The notes beneath the pieces are model-generated. The model saw only the letters and a list, made by a program, of their open reading frames with translations, was not told the DNA's origin and made no database searches. The translations under genes were made by a program, and so were the position numbers. Below are positions 1 through 8,817 of a stretch of DNA of 64,000 nt, piece after piece. Source of the stretch: Patescibacteria group bacterium (GTDB taxonomy: Bacteria; Patescibacteriota; Patescibacteriia; Patescibacteriales; GWC2-42-12); NCBI GenBank assembly GCA_028707005.1, contig JAQTVB010000001.1, positions 755 through 64,754 on the forward strand, written 5' to 3'. The stretch's first letter is position 1. Every line of letters begins with the position of its first letter.

Positions 1-416
1 TTATTAACCGCCTTGGTAACCGCCCCGGTAACGTCGGCGCCTTTGGCCAAACCGATGGCCACTCTGCCCTTTTTATTGCCAATAGCCACGCAGGCCCTGA
101 AGCGCATTCTCTTGCCCCCGGCCATAACTCTGGTTACTCTGGCGATATCAATCATTTTTTGTTCAAACTCTTCGTCTTTGCCCTCGCCTCGGCCGCGCGG
201 AGCTCCTCGCTTGCCCTTAAAATTTTTCCTTCTGTCTCCGCCTCTTTCGCCAAAACCGGATCCGGACGAAAGATTATTTTTCGCTCCGGCCGCCGGCGCG
301 GCACGTCCGCTATCGCCGCGCGCAGGAGTGATTGGGCGGACAGCTTTAACCTTAGCTTCCGTGGCCGGCGCTATTTCACTTTTCTTATTCTCTTGTGGTT
401 TTTTTTCTTCCGTCAT
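1..416 (-). CDS. rpsE: 30S ribosomal protein S5, 3' end truncated by window edge. Minus-frame translation from ATG at 414-416 gives MTEEKKPQENKK...RVTRVMAGGKRMRFRACVAIGNKKGRVAIGLAKGADVTGAVTKAVN, with a long Ala/Gly/Arg-rich N-terminal extension.
   Basis: My own reverse-complement translation; conserved S5 motif GGRxxRFxAxVxxGNxxGRVGxGxGKA; position downstream of rplR in spc operon order. The six-frame track misses it because the frame has no stop inside the window. Confidence 0.8.
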   Translation of the reverse strand, partial: MTEEKKPQENKKSEIAPATEAKVKAVRPITPARGDSGRAAPAAGAKNNLSSGSGFGERGGDRRKNFKGKRGAPRGRGEGKDEEFEQKMIDIARVTRVMAGGKRMRFRACVAIGNKKGRVAIGLAKGADVTGAVTKAVN

Positions 417-431
417 ATTGATACTCTAAAA

Positions 432-785
432 TTAAAATTGTAATCCCCCCGCTCTTGCTCCTTCGGCCAGCGCCTTTACCCGGCCGTGGTATTTATAGCC
501 ATTACGGTCAAACACTACCTTGCTGATGCCTTTTTTAACGGCTTTTTGAGCAATTAACTTGCCCAACTCCAAGCTCACGGCAACTTTTTTATCTTTAATT
601 TTCACTTCGCCGGCGCTGGCGCTCACTACTGTTTTGCCAATCTGATCATTGATTATCTGAACATAAAAGCCGCGGTTTGATCTAAATACGCTTAATCTGG
701 GGCAAGCGGCTGTGCCGTTTACTTTAGCTCTTACTCTGCCTTTGCGCCTGATTCTTTTGCCTTGTTTTATTTTATTTTTATCCAT
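432..785 (-). CDS. rplR: 50S ribosomal protein L18. ORF runs to 854, but Met at 785 (MDKNKIKQ...) fits the L18 N-terminus better.
   Basis: ORF 432..854 translation has L18 features (RLSVFRSNRGFYVQIIND, C-terminal GRVKALAEGARAGGLQF); spc operon order. Confidence 0.85.
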   Translation of the reverse strand: MDKNKIKQGKRIRRKGRVRAKVNGTAACPRLSVFRSNRGFYVQIINDQIGKTVVSASAGEVKIKDKKVAVSLELGKLIAQKAVKKGISKVVFDRNGYKYHGRVKALAEGARAGGLQF

Positions 786-870
786 ATAGTTAATGCGAAT
801 CTGCGAATTCGTGCGAATGCCACGAATAACTAATTTCATTTGCGGCATTCGCATGCTATTCGCAGGCGAG

Positions 871-1422
871 TTACTTGGTTTCGGTCTTGCCGGCCGTCTT
901 GCCGGCCTTGCGCCTTAATATTTCATCGCTATATTTAATGCCCTTGCCTTTATAAGGTTCTGGCTTCCTGATTCTTCTGATGCGCGCCGCCGTTTCTCCA
1001 ACAAGATATTTATCGATGCCGCTCACAGTAATGATATTGGCTTGAACGTCGGCTTTGATTCCGGCCGGCAATTCATAAACTACCGGGTGGGAAAATCCCA
1101 CATTCAGCGTTAATTTGCTGCCGCTTACCGCCGCCTTGAAACCCACGCCGTTAATCTCCAATTTTTTGGAATATGGCTGATTGACTCCGGTTACCATGTT
1201 ATTTATCAAACTCCTGAACAAGCCCCACAAAGCCTTGTCCTTTACTTTTGTTTGGTCGCCGATGCTAAGCGTAACTGCTTTATCGGTTATAGCAGCTTTG
1301 ACTGATTCATGCAATTTGGTTTTAAGCTCGCCTTTCGGTCCCTTGACGATAATAAAACCGCTCTCAAGTTTTACTTGAGTTCCCTGGGGTAATTCAATTG
1401 GCAATTTTCCTAATCTCGACAT
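871..1422 (-). CDS. rplF: 50S ribosomal protein L6 (start at internal Met MSRLGKLPIELP; ORF extends to 1455).
   Basis: SRxGKxPIxxP N-terminus and two-domain L6 layout; operon position. Confidence 0.9.
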   Translation of the reverse strand: MSRLGKLPIELPQGTQVKLESGFIIVKGPKGELKTKLHESVKAAITDKAVTLSIGDQTKVKDKALWGLFRSLINNMVTGVNQPYSKKLEINGVGFKAAVSGSKLTLNVGFSHPVVYELPAGIKADVQANIITVSGIDKYLVGETAARIRRIRKPEPYKGKGIKYSDEILRRKAGKTAGKTETK

Positions 1423-1509
1423 AGTTTTATTCAATCTGCAATTACGAATTATCAATTAACAATTTCATGATTTTAATTCGTAATTCGTAATTTTTCATTG
1501 ATCATTGAT

Positions 1510-1920
1510 TTAATATATTTCGCAAATCACTTCTCCGCCGATGCCTTGCTTTTTGGCCTCTTTGTTGGTCATTAAGCCGCGCGGAGTGGAAATAATCGCG
1601 ATGCCCAAATTATTCAACACTTTAGGCAGCTCTGTTTTACCCGCGTAGACCCTTCTACCCGGCGTGCTTACTTTCTTTAAGCAAGAAATCATCGGCTGGC
1701 CGTTCTTATATTTTAATTCAATCTTTATTTCATTAAAGGCGGAACTTGAATTCTTTTTGGCCGCGACTTTAATTATCTCCACTTTCTCAATCCAGCCGCC
1801 CTGCTCTAAAATTTTCGCAATATTATATTTCATTCTGCTCATAGGCAAAACAACCGTTTTTTTATTTACGGCTTGTGCATTCCTGATTCTTGTTAGCATG
1901 TCTGCGATTGGATCGGTCAT
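1510..1920 (-). CDS. rpsH: 30S ribosomal protein S8
   Basis: MTDPIADMLTRIRNA signature N-terminus of S8; 136 aa. Confidence 0.95.
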   Translation of the reverse strand: MTDPIADMLTRIRNAQAVNKKTVVLPMSRMKYNIAKILEQGGWIEKVEIIKVAAKKNSSSAFNEIKIELKYKNGQPMISCLKKVSTPGRRVYAGKTELPKVLNNLGIAIISTPRGLMTNKEAKKQGIGGEVICEIY

Positions 1921-2017
1921 ATTTAATAAATTTACAATTACGAATTATCAATTACGAATTATTTTATTCATTTATTTAACTAATTCGTAATTCTTAATTG
2001 TTAATTGATAATTGAAA

Positions 2018-2203
2018 TTACCAGCTGGACTTGGTGACTCCCGGTATATCGTTATTGGACGCCAGTTCCCTGAAACAAATGCGGCATAAGCCAAAATCTC
2101 TCATATAGCCGTGATTGCGGCCGCAGCGCCAGCAGCGCCTGATAATTCTGGTGGAAAATTTTGGTTTTCTTTTGGCTTTTACGATTAAAGCTGTTCTTGG
2201 CAT
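2018..2203 (-). CDS. rpsZ: 30S ribosomal protein S14 type Z (zinc-binding, 61 aa)
   Basis: [23 protein letters not shown] four-Cys motif typical of S14 type Z; between rplE and rpsH. Confidence 0.9.
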   Translation of the reverse strand: MPRTALIVKAKRKPKFSTRIIRRCWRCGRNHGYMRDFGLCRICFRELASNNDIPGVTKSSW

Positions 2204-2220
2204 ATAGACAATAATTTAAA

Positions 2221-2796
2221 TTATTTTTTCTTAATTTTTCCCGCTTTAGGCTCAGTCTCATCCGCCCTGAAAGGGAAACCTAGTAATTTAAACAACTCTA
2301 GGCCTTGCTCGCGGTTTTTCGCAGTGGTGCTAAGGCAGACTCCCAAACCATGGATGTTTTCCGCTTCGTCGGCTTTAATTTCCGGGAAAGCGATATGCTC
2401 CTTAAAACCAACGGCCAAGTTGCCATGATTGTCTACCTGTTGCTGGCTGATGCCCCTGAAATCTCTGATTCTGGGAAAAGTTATATCAACTAATTTATCC
2501 ACGAAATCATACATTCTTTTATTGCGCAAAGTCACCGCCACTCCCAAAGTCATGCCTTTCCTGGTTTTAAAAGCGGAAATTGACTGTTTGGCTTTTGTTA
2601 AAATCGGCTTTTGGCCGCTAATCCTTTCCAAGCTGGAAACAACGCTATCTATAAAAGCCTTATCTTTGGCATTCCTGCCCACGCCGGAATTCAGCACAAC
2701 TTTAACCAGGCGCGGCACGGCCATGACGTTCTTATAACCGAATTTCGCGATCATTTTCGGAATTATTTCTTTTTGGTATCTCTCTTTTAAATTCAT
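2221..2796 (-). CDS. rplE: 50S ribosomal protein L5
   Basis: LKERYQKEIIPKMIAKFGYKNVMAVPRLVKVVLN is the canonical L5 N-terminus. Confidence 0.95.
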   Translation of the reverse strand: MNLKERYQKEIIPKMIAKFGYKNVMAVPRLVKVVLNSGVGRNAKDKAFIDSVVSSLERISGQKPILTKAKQSISAFKTRKGMTLGVAVTLRNKRMYDFVDKLVDITFPRIRDFRGISQQQVDNHGNLAVGFKEHIAFPEIKADEAENIHGLGVCLSTTAKNREQGLELFKLLGFPFRADETEPKAGKIKKK

Positions 2797-2812
2797 ATAT
2801 GCGAATTCTTAA

Positions 2813-3145
2813 TTAATCTATCGCTTGCTTGCATTTTTTACAAACCCTTACTTTTTTCTTATGTTTAACTTCATTTTTCACGACTTCTATATATTTATAG
2901 CCTACTCTGGTCGGCCGATCGCAGGCTTTGCAAACCAAGATGACATTTGATAAGTCCAGGGGCGCGGGAAATTCAATTCTCTGCCCTTTCTCGCCCTGCT
3001 TCCTCGGGCGCATATGCTTAATCAAAAGATTCAAGCCTTCAATCGAAGCCCGGTTGCCTAAGGGAAAAACTTGCAAAACTTTGCCGGTCTTGCCCTTGTC
3101 TTTGCCTGCTAATATTTTTACTTTGTCTCCCTTCTTTATCTTCAT
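2813..3145 (-). CDS. rplX: 50S ribosomal protein L24 with C-terminal Cys4 (CxxC...CxxC) extension
   Basis: MKIKKGDKVKILAGKDKGKTGKV KOW-domain start; C-terminal CKACDRP...CKKCKQ. Confidence 0.9.
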   Translation of the reverse strand: MKIKKGDKVKILAGKDKGKTGKVLQVFPLGNRASIEGLNLLIKHMRPRKQGEKGQRIEFPAPLDLSNVILVCKACDRPTRVGYKYIEVVKNEVKHKKKVRVCKKCKQAID

Positions 3146-3168
3146 ATAATTCTTAATTGATAATTGAC

Positions 3169-3540
3169 TTATAGCACCTCCGGCGCCAGCGAAGCAATCT
3201 TGGCAAAACCCAACTGCTTTAATTCGCGCGCCACCGGGCCGAAAATTCTTGTGCCTTTAGGATCTTTTTTATCTTTTTCAATAATAACGCAAGCGTTATC
3301 GTCAAAACGTAAATACGCGCCGTCAGAACGCCTGATTTCTTTTTTGGTTCTGATGATTACTGCCTGCGCAATGTCTCCGTCTTTAATCGCGGTATGCGGT
3401 TCAGCTTCTTTAATTACTACGGTAATAATCTCCCCGACGCTGGCATATCGTTTTTTGTAACCGCCTTGAATTCTAATGCACATCGCTCTTTTAGCGCCAG
3501 TATTATCAGCAACTTTTAATATTGTTTGTACCTGTATCAT
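3169..3540 (-). CDS. rplN: 50S ribosomal protein L14
   Basis: [27 protein letters not shown] is highly conserved L14 sequence. Confidence 0.95.
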   Translation of the reverse strand: MIQVQTILKVADNTGAKRAMCIRIQGGYKKRYASVGEIITVVIKEAEPHTAIKDGDIAQAVIIRTKKEIRRSDGAYLRFDDNACVIIEKDKKDPKGTRIFGPVARELKQLGFAKIASLAPEVL

Positions 3541-3571
3541 ACCTTAATTTCAAATTTAAAATTTAAAATTC

Positions 3572-3862
3572 TTAATATATCATGCGCCAGCGCTTTTCTT
3601 TGCTTAACGGGCGGCATTCAACAAACCGCACTTTATCGCCGACTTTATATTGATTCTTCTCGTCATGAACTTTGAACTTCCTGCTTACTTTAAACCGTTT
3701 ATGGTATTTCGGATATATTCTGGCGGTTTCAACCGCGACCACTCTGGTTTTATCCATTTTATCGCCTATAACCACGCCGCTAAACTTGCGTTTAATGACT
3801 TGGCGCTTAGCTGGCTGGCTATTTTGACTTTGTTCTACCATATTTATTATATTAATTTTCAA
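3572..3862 (-). CDS. rpsQ: 30S ribosomal protein S17
   Basis: KRQVIKRKFSGVVIGDKMDKTRVVAVE...KVGDKVRFVECRPLSKEKRW S17 OB-fold pattern. Confidence 0.9.
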   Translation of the reverse strand: MKINIINMVEQSQNSQPAKRQVIKRKFSGVVIGDKMDKTRVVAVETARIYPKYHKRFKVSRKFKVHDEKNQYKVGDKVRFVECRPLSKEKRWRMIY

Positions 3863-3869
3863 TGGAAAA

Positions 3870-4061
3870 TTATTTTTTATTCTTATGATTTATTAATGTT
3901 AAAATCCGTGCAATTGTCCTTTTTATCACCCTAATCTCTCTAACATCTTTCAGCTGCTTATTAGCATCCTTAAAGCGCAAATCTCTCAATTTGTCGCGAG
4001 ATTCGTCCAAGATTTTCCTCAATTCTTTTTCGGTTTTAAGTTTTAATTCTTTTAAATCCAT
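3870..4061 (-). CDS. rpmC: 50S ribosomal protein L29 (start at MDLKELKLKTEKELRK; ORF extends to 4091 overlapping rplP)
   Basis: Small K/E/R-rich helical protein between rplP and rpsQ; L29-like. Confidence 0.8.
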   Translation of the reverse strand: MDLKELKLKTEKELRKILDESRDKLRDLRFKDANKQLKDVREIRVIKRTIARILTLINHKNKK

Positions 4062-4069
4062 ATAATATT

Positions 4070-4474
4070 TTATTTCTTGATGTATTTGCAATTAACCGGC
4101 AACTTATAAGCGGCCATCTTCATGGCTTCCTTGGCTTCTGGTTCGCTGATGCCGGCTATTTCAAACATTATCATGCCGGGTTTAACCACGGCGACATAAT
4201 GGTCAACCGCGCCCTTGCCTTTACCCATGGGAATTTCTCCGCCCTTAACCGTCACTGATTTATCCGGGAAAATTCTGATCCAAAGCCTGCCGCCTTTGCT
4301 GATATATCTGGTTAAAACTTTTCTGGCTGCTTCAATCTGCCGGGAGGTTACCCAGTAAGCGCCCAAACTCTTTAGGCCGTAATCGCCAAAGCTCAACTTA
4401 ATCATCTGCGAGGCTTTGCCTCCCCTTTTACGCTTATGCGACTTTCTCCATTTTGTTTTTTTTGGCATCAACAT
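4070..4474 (-). CDS. rplP: 50S ribosomal protein L16
   Basis: MLMPKKTKWRKSHKRKRGG...RQIEAARKVLTRYI L16 hallmark. Confidence 0.95.
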   Translation of the reverse strand: MLMPKKTKWRKSHKRKRGGKASQMIKLSFGDYGLKSLGAYWVTSRQIEAARKVLTRYISKGGRLWIRIFPDKSVTVKGGEIPMGKGKGAVDHYVAVVKPGMIMFEIAGISEPEAKEAMKMAAYKLPVNCKYIKK

Positions 4475-4565
4475 AGATTCAATTACAAATTGTCAATTAT
4501 CAATTACGAATTCACTTTATATTTGACGATTCTTAATTCGTAATTTTTAATTTTAAATTGGCTAA

Positions 4566-5255
4566 TTACTTCTTTTCTCCGACAATTTCTCCTTTGGCAG
4601 TCTCGCTTTCTTTCTTAAACACATCTCCCTTATATATCCATAACTTTATTCCAATGGTTCCATAGGTGGTTTTGGCCGTGGCTTTGGCGAAATCAATATC
4701 GGCTCTTAAGGTGTGCAACGGAACTTTGCCCGAGGTAAGCATTTCCGTCCTGGCGATTTCCGCGCCATTTAACCGGCCGCTGATAATTACTTTTACTCCT
4801 AAAGCGCCCGCTCTTTCTATCCGGCTAATCGCCTGCTTCATTACTCTTCTGAAAGGCATTCTTTTTTCAATGTCAATCGCCATCAAACCGGCGATAATCG
4901 CGCTCGATAAATTCGGCCTGTCAAATTCCGTGATATTCAAATTTATATCGCCCAACTTGAAATTCTTTAAAAATTTATCATGCAATTTCTTTTTTAAATC
5001 ACCCGCGCCGCTACCGCCGCGGCCGATTATAATCCCCGGCTTAGCCGTAAAAATACCGATTACAACCTTATGCCCGCTTCTTTCTATCTCCACCCGATCC
5101 ACGCCGGCTTCCCTAAACTCGGTGAATAAATATTTTCTTAAATTAACATCCTGCTCTAAATTTTTAATTAAAATCTTTCCAGTAGCAAACCATCGGGACG
5201 GCCAAGTCCTGGTAATATTCAACCTAAATACTTTTGGATTTACTTTATGTCCCAT
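4566..5255 (-). CDS. rpsC: 30S ribosomal protein S3
   Basis: MGHKVNPKVFRLNITRTWPSRWFA and KH-domain GRGGSG; 229 aa. Confidence 0.95.
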   Translation of the reverse strand: MGHKVNPKVFRLNITRTWPSRWFATGKILIKNLEQDVNLRKYLFTEFREAGVDRVEIERSGHKVVIGIFTAKPGIIIGRGGSGAGDLKKKLHDKFLKNFKLGDINLNITEFDRPNLSSAIIAGLMAIDIEKRMPFRRVMKQAISRIERAGALGVKVIISGRLNGAEIARTEMLTSGKVPLHTLRADIDFAKATAKTTYGTIGIKLWIYKGDVFKKESETAKGEIVGEKK

Positions 5256-5342
5256 AGATTCAATTACAAATTATCAATTATCAATTACGAATTAAGGAAT
5301 TTATAATTTTTAATTCGTAATTTTTAATTTTTAATTGATTTA

Positions 5343-5939
5343 TTATCCGCTCTTTCTCCTAAACATCTTCCCCACAAACCCCTTGCTGCCGCCTTCTATC
5401 CTGGCGTGGCCGCGGCGTCCTTCCATCCTCGGATCGGTAATTACTTTGCCTTCTTCTTTGGTTTCAATGTTCTTTTCTTTCTTGTCTTTTTTGGCCGGTT
5501 CTTTGATTTCAACGGCCGGTTCTTTTTTGGGCTTGGTTTCAAGCTTAATCGGCGAGGCCAAAACCTGCTTTTTCGCAGCCACCTTGCCCGAAGGCTTAAT
5601 CTCATCTAAAACCAAGTAAATATGACTGGTCCGTTTTCTGATGGGTGTTGCTCGTCCGTGCGCTCTGGGCATCCAGCGCTTCAAAGTCGGACCCTGGCCG
5701 ATGGTTATTTCTTTTATGAATAAATTATCTTTAACCAATTCAAAATTGTGCTCGGCGTTCGCCATGGCTGATTTTATGAGCTTAGCTACCGGCCCGGCGG
5801 CCAATTTATCTATAAATTGCAACTGGTCCAGCGCTTTGACTACCGGCATTTTTTTTATCAAATTAGCCACCAGTCTTATCTTGGTCGGCGACATTTTGAT
5901 AAATTTTAATTTCGCTTTTACTTCCATAAATAGATTCAA
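5343..5939 (-). CDS. rplV: 50S ribosomal protein L22 with ~80 aa K/E-rich C-terminal extension
   Basis: KAKLKFIKMSPTKIRLVANLIKKMPVVKALDQLQF L22 core; extension KPKKEPAVEIKEPAKKDKKEKN. Confidence 0.9.
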   Translation of the reverse strand: MNLFMEVKAKLKFIKMSPTKIRLVANLIKKMPVVKALDQLQFIDKLAAGPVAKLIKSAMANAEHNFELVKDNLFIKEITIGQGPTLKRWMPRAHGRATPIRKRTSHIYLVLDEIKPSGKVAAKKQVLASPIKLETKPKKEPAVEIKEPAKKDKKEKNIETKEEGKVITDPRMEGRRGHARIEGGSKGFVGKMFRRKSG

Positions 5940-5975
5940 TTACAAATTATCAATTATCAATTACGAATTATTGAT

Positions 5976-6314
5976 TTACTTGCCTGCTTTCGGCGCTGGC
6001 GCTCCGGCTGGCGCTGGCGCTCCGGCCGCGGCCGATTCTCTGGCCTGATCTTTGGCCATCTTGCCGCCATGGCTGATAAATTTCCTGGTTGGTGAAAATT
6101 CTCCCAGCTTGTGCCCTACCATATTTTCCACAATAAAAACCGGCACATGTTGCTTGCCATTATGCACGCCGATGGTAAAGCCTACCATTTCCGGAGCAAT
6201 CGTACAAGCCCTGTCCCAAACCTTAATAACGGCCTTATCCCCCTGGCGCAAGGCTCTGATTTTTTTCATTAATCTTTCGTTAACGTATGGCCCTTTTTTC
6301 AACGATCTGGACAT
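5976..6314 (-). CDS. rpsS: 30S ribosomal protein S19 with [17 protein letters not shown]-terminal tail
   Basis: [19 protein letters not shown] and [14 protein letters not shown]19 motifs. Confidence 0.95.
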   Translation of the reverse strand: MSRSLKKGPYVNERLMKKIRALRQGDKAVIKVWDRACTIAPEMVGFTIGVHNGKQHVPVFIVENMVGHKLGEFSPTRKFISHGGKMAKDQARESAAAGAPAPAGAPAPKAGK

Positions 6315-6326
6315 ATATTATATAAA

Positions 6327-7160
6327 TTATTTTACTCTTCTTGAAATAATTAATCTATTGGATCTCTTTTTGTGGTCCCTGGTTTTGACTCCCAGCGCCG
6401 GTTTGCCCCATTTTGTCTTCGGGTGCCTTAAACCGATTGATTGCTTGCCTTCACCGCCGCCATGCGGATGGTCCACCGGATTCATGGCCGTTCCTCTTAC
6501 CGTCGGCCTTACGCCCAAAAGTCTTTGCCGGCCGGCTCGGCCGATAACGATGTGATTTCTGTCCGGATTGCTTACTTGGCCGATTGTGCAAAGGCACTCT
6601 TTGTTCACCAGCCGAATTTCGCTGGAAGGCATTTTAATCTGCGCATAATCCCCTTCAACGCCCATCACAGACGCTAAATTGCCTGCCGCGCGGGCGACGC
6701 GCGCGCCCCGTCCCGGCTCTAATTCAAGATTATAAACCTGGATGCCGGCAGGAATGAATTTAATGGGCATGGCATTGCCGGTTTTAATTTCAATTTTATT
6801 CTTTGAACTTAAAATTTCCTCGCCGACATTCAGGCCCAGCGGCATAATGATATATCTTTTTTCGCCGTCTTTATAATATACCAAGCCGATTCTTGCACCG
6901 CGGTTCGGATCATATTCAATAGACATTACCTTGCCCGGAATATCAAATTTGTCTCTTTTAAAATCAATTTGGCGGAGATATCTTTTAACGCCGCCGCCCT
7001 GATGGCGCACCGTAATCTTGCCGGTGTTGTTTCTGCCCGCCTGGGGCTTCTTGATGGTAATCAAACTCGGCTCCGGTTCAGTTTTGGTAATATCCAAAAA
7101 ATCGTCGAATGTTGCCGACCGCCTGCCTGATGATGTAGGTTTTACTATTTTAATTCCCAT
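6327..7160 (-). CDS. rplB: 50S ribosomal protein L2
   Basis: GRNNTGKITVRHQGGGVKR and PVDHPHGGGEGK L2 signatures. Confidence 0.95.
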   Translation of the reverse strand: MGIKIVKPTSSGRRSATFDDFLDITKTEPEPSLITIKKPQAGRNNTGKITVRHQGGGVKRYLRQIDFKRDKFDIPGKVMSIEYDPNRGARIGLVYYKDGEKRYIIMPLGLNVGEEILSSKNKIEIKTGNAMPIKFIPAGIQVYNLELEPGRGARVARAAGNLASVMGVEGDYAQIKMPSSEIRLVNKECLCTIGQVSNPDRNHIVIGRAGRQRLLGVRPTVRGTAMNPVDHPHGGGEGKQSIGLRHPKTKWGKPALGVKTRDHKKRSNRLIISRRVK

Positions 7161-7244
7161 AGAATCAATTACGAATTATCAATTACGAATTACGAATTTT
7201 TGTAATCTTAATTGATAATTGTTAATTCGTAATTTTTAATTGAA

Positions 7245-7730
7245 CTAAACTCCTTCGTAAATTTTAATGGTCTGGCCTTCGGGCAAGGTTACAATAGCCT
7301 TCTTCCAATCTTTTCTCTTGCCGCTGGTTCGGCCATAACGCGCCTTCTTGCCTATCTTATTAATAACGTTAACGCCGATCGGCTTGATGCCATAGATTTC
7401 TTTAACAGCTTTAGCTATTTCTATTTTATTGGCATCAAGCGCTACGGCGAAAACATATTTATTTAAAACACCTAAATTGCTCACTTTTTCAGTCACTAAC
7501 GGCTTGGCTAAAATTCTATAAGCATTGCCATAAACCGTTCTCACTTCCGTCTTTTTACCGCCGGCTTTAACGGTTTTCACGGTGCTGGGCGCGGCATACA
7601 AATCTTTCATGCTTTTGCCGGCCGGTTCGGTCTTAAGGACTTTTTTAGCAGCTTGAACCGGAGCGGGTTTTGCAACCTCTTTTGTCTTATCTGCTTTTTT
7701 ATCTTCAGTTTTCTTGCCGAATAGTGACAT
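7245..7730 (-). CDS. rplW: 50S ribosomal protein L23 with ~65 aa Lys/Ala-rich N-terminal extension
   Basis: C-terminal 95 aa (YRILAKPLVTEKVSN...KKAIVTLPEGQTIKIYEGV) is L23; the N-terminus is low complexity. Confidence 0.85.
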   Translation of the reverse strand: MSLFGKKTEDKKADKTKEVAKPAPVQAAKKVLKTEPAGKSMKDLYAAPSTVKTVKAGGKKTEVRTVYGNAYRILAKPLVTEKVSNLGVLNKYVFAVALDANKIEIAKAVKEIYGIKPIGVNVINKIGKKARYGRTSGKRKDWKKAIVTLPEGQTIKIYEGV

Positions 7731-7744
7731 AGATTACAATTTTT

Positions 7745-7876
7745 AATTTTTAATTTTATAATTTTTAAATAATAACCAAATATTCTAATTTTTAATAAAA
7801 TGCGAGTCGTGAGAGCTGAATTATATTTAGTTATTAAAAATTAAGATATTATTTAAAAATTATAAAATTAAAAATT
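7745..7876. repeat. Perfect 30-bp inverted repeat (aatttttaattttataatttttaaataata / its reverse complement) flanking a 72-bp core in the rplD-rplW spacer; long hairpin or miniature element
   Basis: Direct reading: arms at 7745-7774 and 7847-7876 are exact reverse complements. Confidence 0.7.
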
Positions 7877-8612
7877 ACCCGTATCTTTCTTCCGTTTTTT
7901 TAATCGCCGCCTTGGTCATGATTAAATTTTTGTATTTCAATAAATCCACCACGTTGATATTATCTAAATTCTGCAATTTAATGCCGGGCAAATTTCTGAC
8001 CGAATTATTTAATTTTTCATCAGCCTTGTCCACCATAATTAATATGCTCCGCTTCTTGTTTTCTTGTTTTTTTGTTTTCTTGTTTTCTTGTTTTTTTACC
8101 TCTTGGCTTTTTTGCTTACCTGCTTCGGCTGGCTCGGCCGCGAGCGGCTTGGCGCCCGTCTGCTTTTCCAGGCCGGCAACAATGGCGTTAAACGCCTTGG
8201 TTTTATATTCGGCCATCGCCAATTGATCTAAAACTATAAAATGATTGCTGGCTACTTTATCGGACAAAGCCATAAAAATGGCCGCTTGTTTCATTTTTTT
8301 ATTGATTCTCAATTTGAAATTGCGGTCTTTCCTCGGACCGAAAGTCACTCCGCCGCCGCGCCAGATCGGCGAGCGAGAAGAACCATGGCGCGCCCGGCCC
8401 GTTCCCTTTTGCGCCCAAGGCTTTTTGCCGCCGCCGCGCACTTCGCTTCTAATCAAAGTATGCGCTAAAACTTTCCTCATGTTGGCCATCTGGGCAACCA
8501 CCGCCTGATGCACTAAAGCCGCGTTGGCTGGCACGCCAAAAATTTTGGCACTAAGCTCCATTTCTCCCTTTTCTTCCGCTTGCTGATTGTAGATTTTTAC
8601 TTTTATCGCCAT
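7875..8612 (-). CDS. rplD: 50S ribosomal protein L4 with internal low-complexity insert ([15 protein letters not shown])
   Basis: [45 protein letters not shown]4 start; insert encoded by the (caagaaaa)n repeat at 8040-8100. Confidence 0.9.
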   Translation of the reverse strand: MAIKVKIYNQQAEEKGEMELSAKIFGVPANAALVHQAVVAQMANMRKVLAHTLIRSEVRGGGKKPWAQKGTGRARHGSSRSPIWRGGGVTFGPRKDRNFKLRINKKMKQAAIFMALSDKVASNHFIVLDQLAMAEYKTKAFNAIVAGLEKQTGAKPLAAEPAEAGKQKSQEVKKQENKKTKKQENKKRSILIMVDKADEKLNNSVRNLPGIKLQNLDNINVVDLLKYKNLIMTKAAIKKTEERYG

Positions 8613-8624
8613 ATTTCATTATTA

Positions 8625-8738
8625 TTGTCATTGCGGGCTTGACCCGCAATCCAGGAGAGTGTGGCACGAACACATTATTTTACCATTCGCGTTCTTGCTA
8701 CATACTCCTGGATGGCGGCTCGGAGGCCGCCATGACAA
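8625..8738. mobile_element. MITE-like palindromic element of the TTGTCATTSCGGG family (TIR ttgtcattgcgggc ... gccgccatgacaa; internal ccaggag/ctcctgg palindrome)
   Basis: Terminal inverted repeats and sequence similarity to copies at 12311, 12581, 47406 and 59975. Confidence 0.55.
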
Positions 8739-8817
8739 AAATTATTCAAATCACTAATCTGTAAAATTGGGGGGAGTTTGCTTCCTCCGCCCCATGAGGA
8801 CTGGCCTCTCTAGACCT

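Noticed and set aside
13-443. Plus-strand ORFs 13..429 and 159..443
   Set aside because: Antisense to a clear S5 (rpsE) reading frame on the minus strand; low-complexity translation.
432-854. L18 start at 854 (full ORF)
   Set aside because: The extra 23 residues overlap a spacer palindrome (gcgaattcgtgcgaatgcc) and do not align with L18 N-termini; start moved to 785.
7731-7874. CRISPR array
   Set aside because: AT-rich repeats here and elsewhere are palindromic and irregularly spaced, with no repeat-spacer periodicity and no cas genes. No CRISPR was found in the window.
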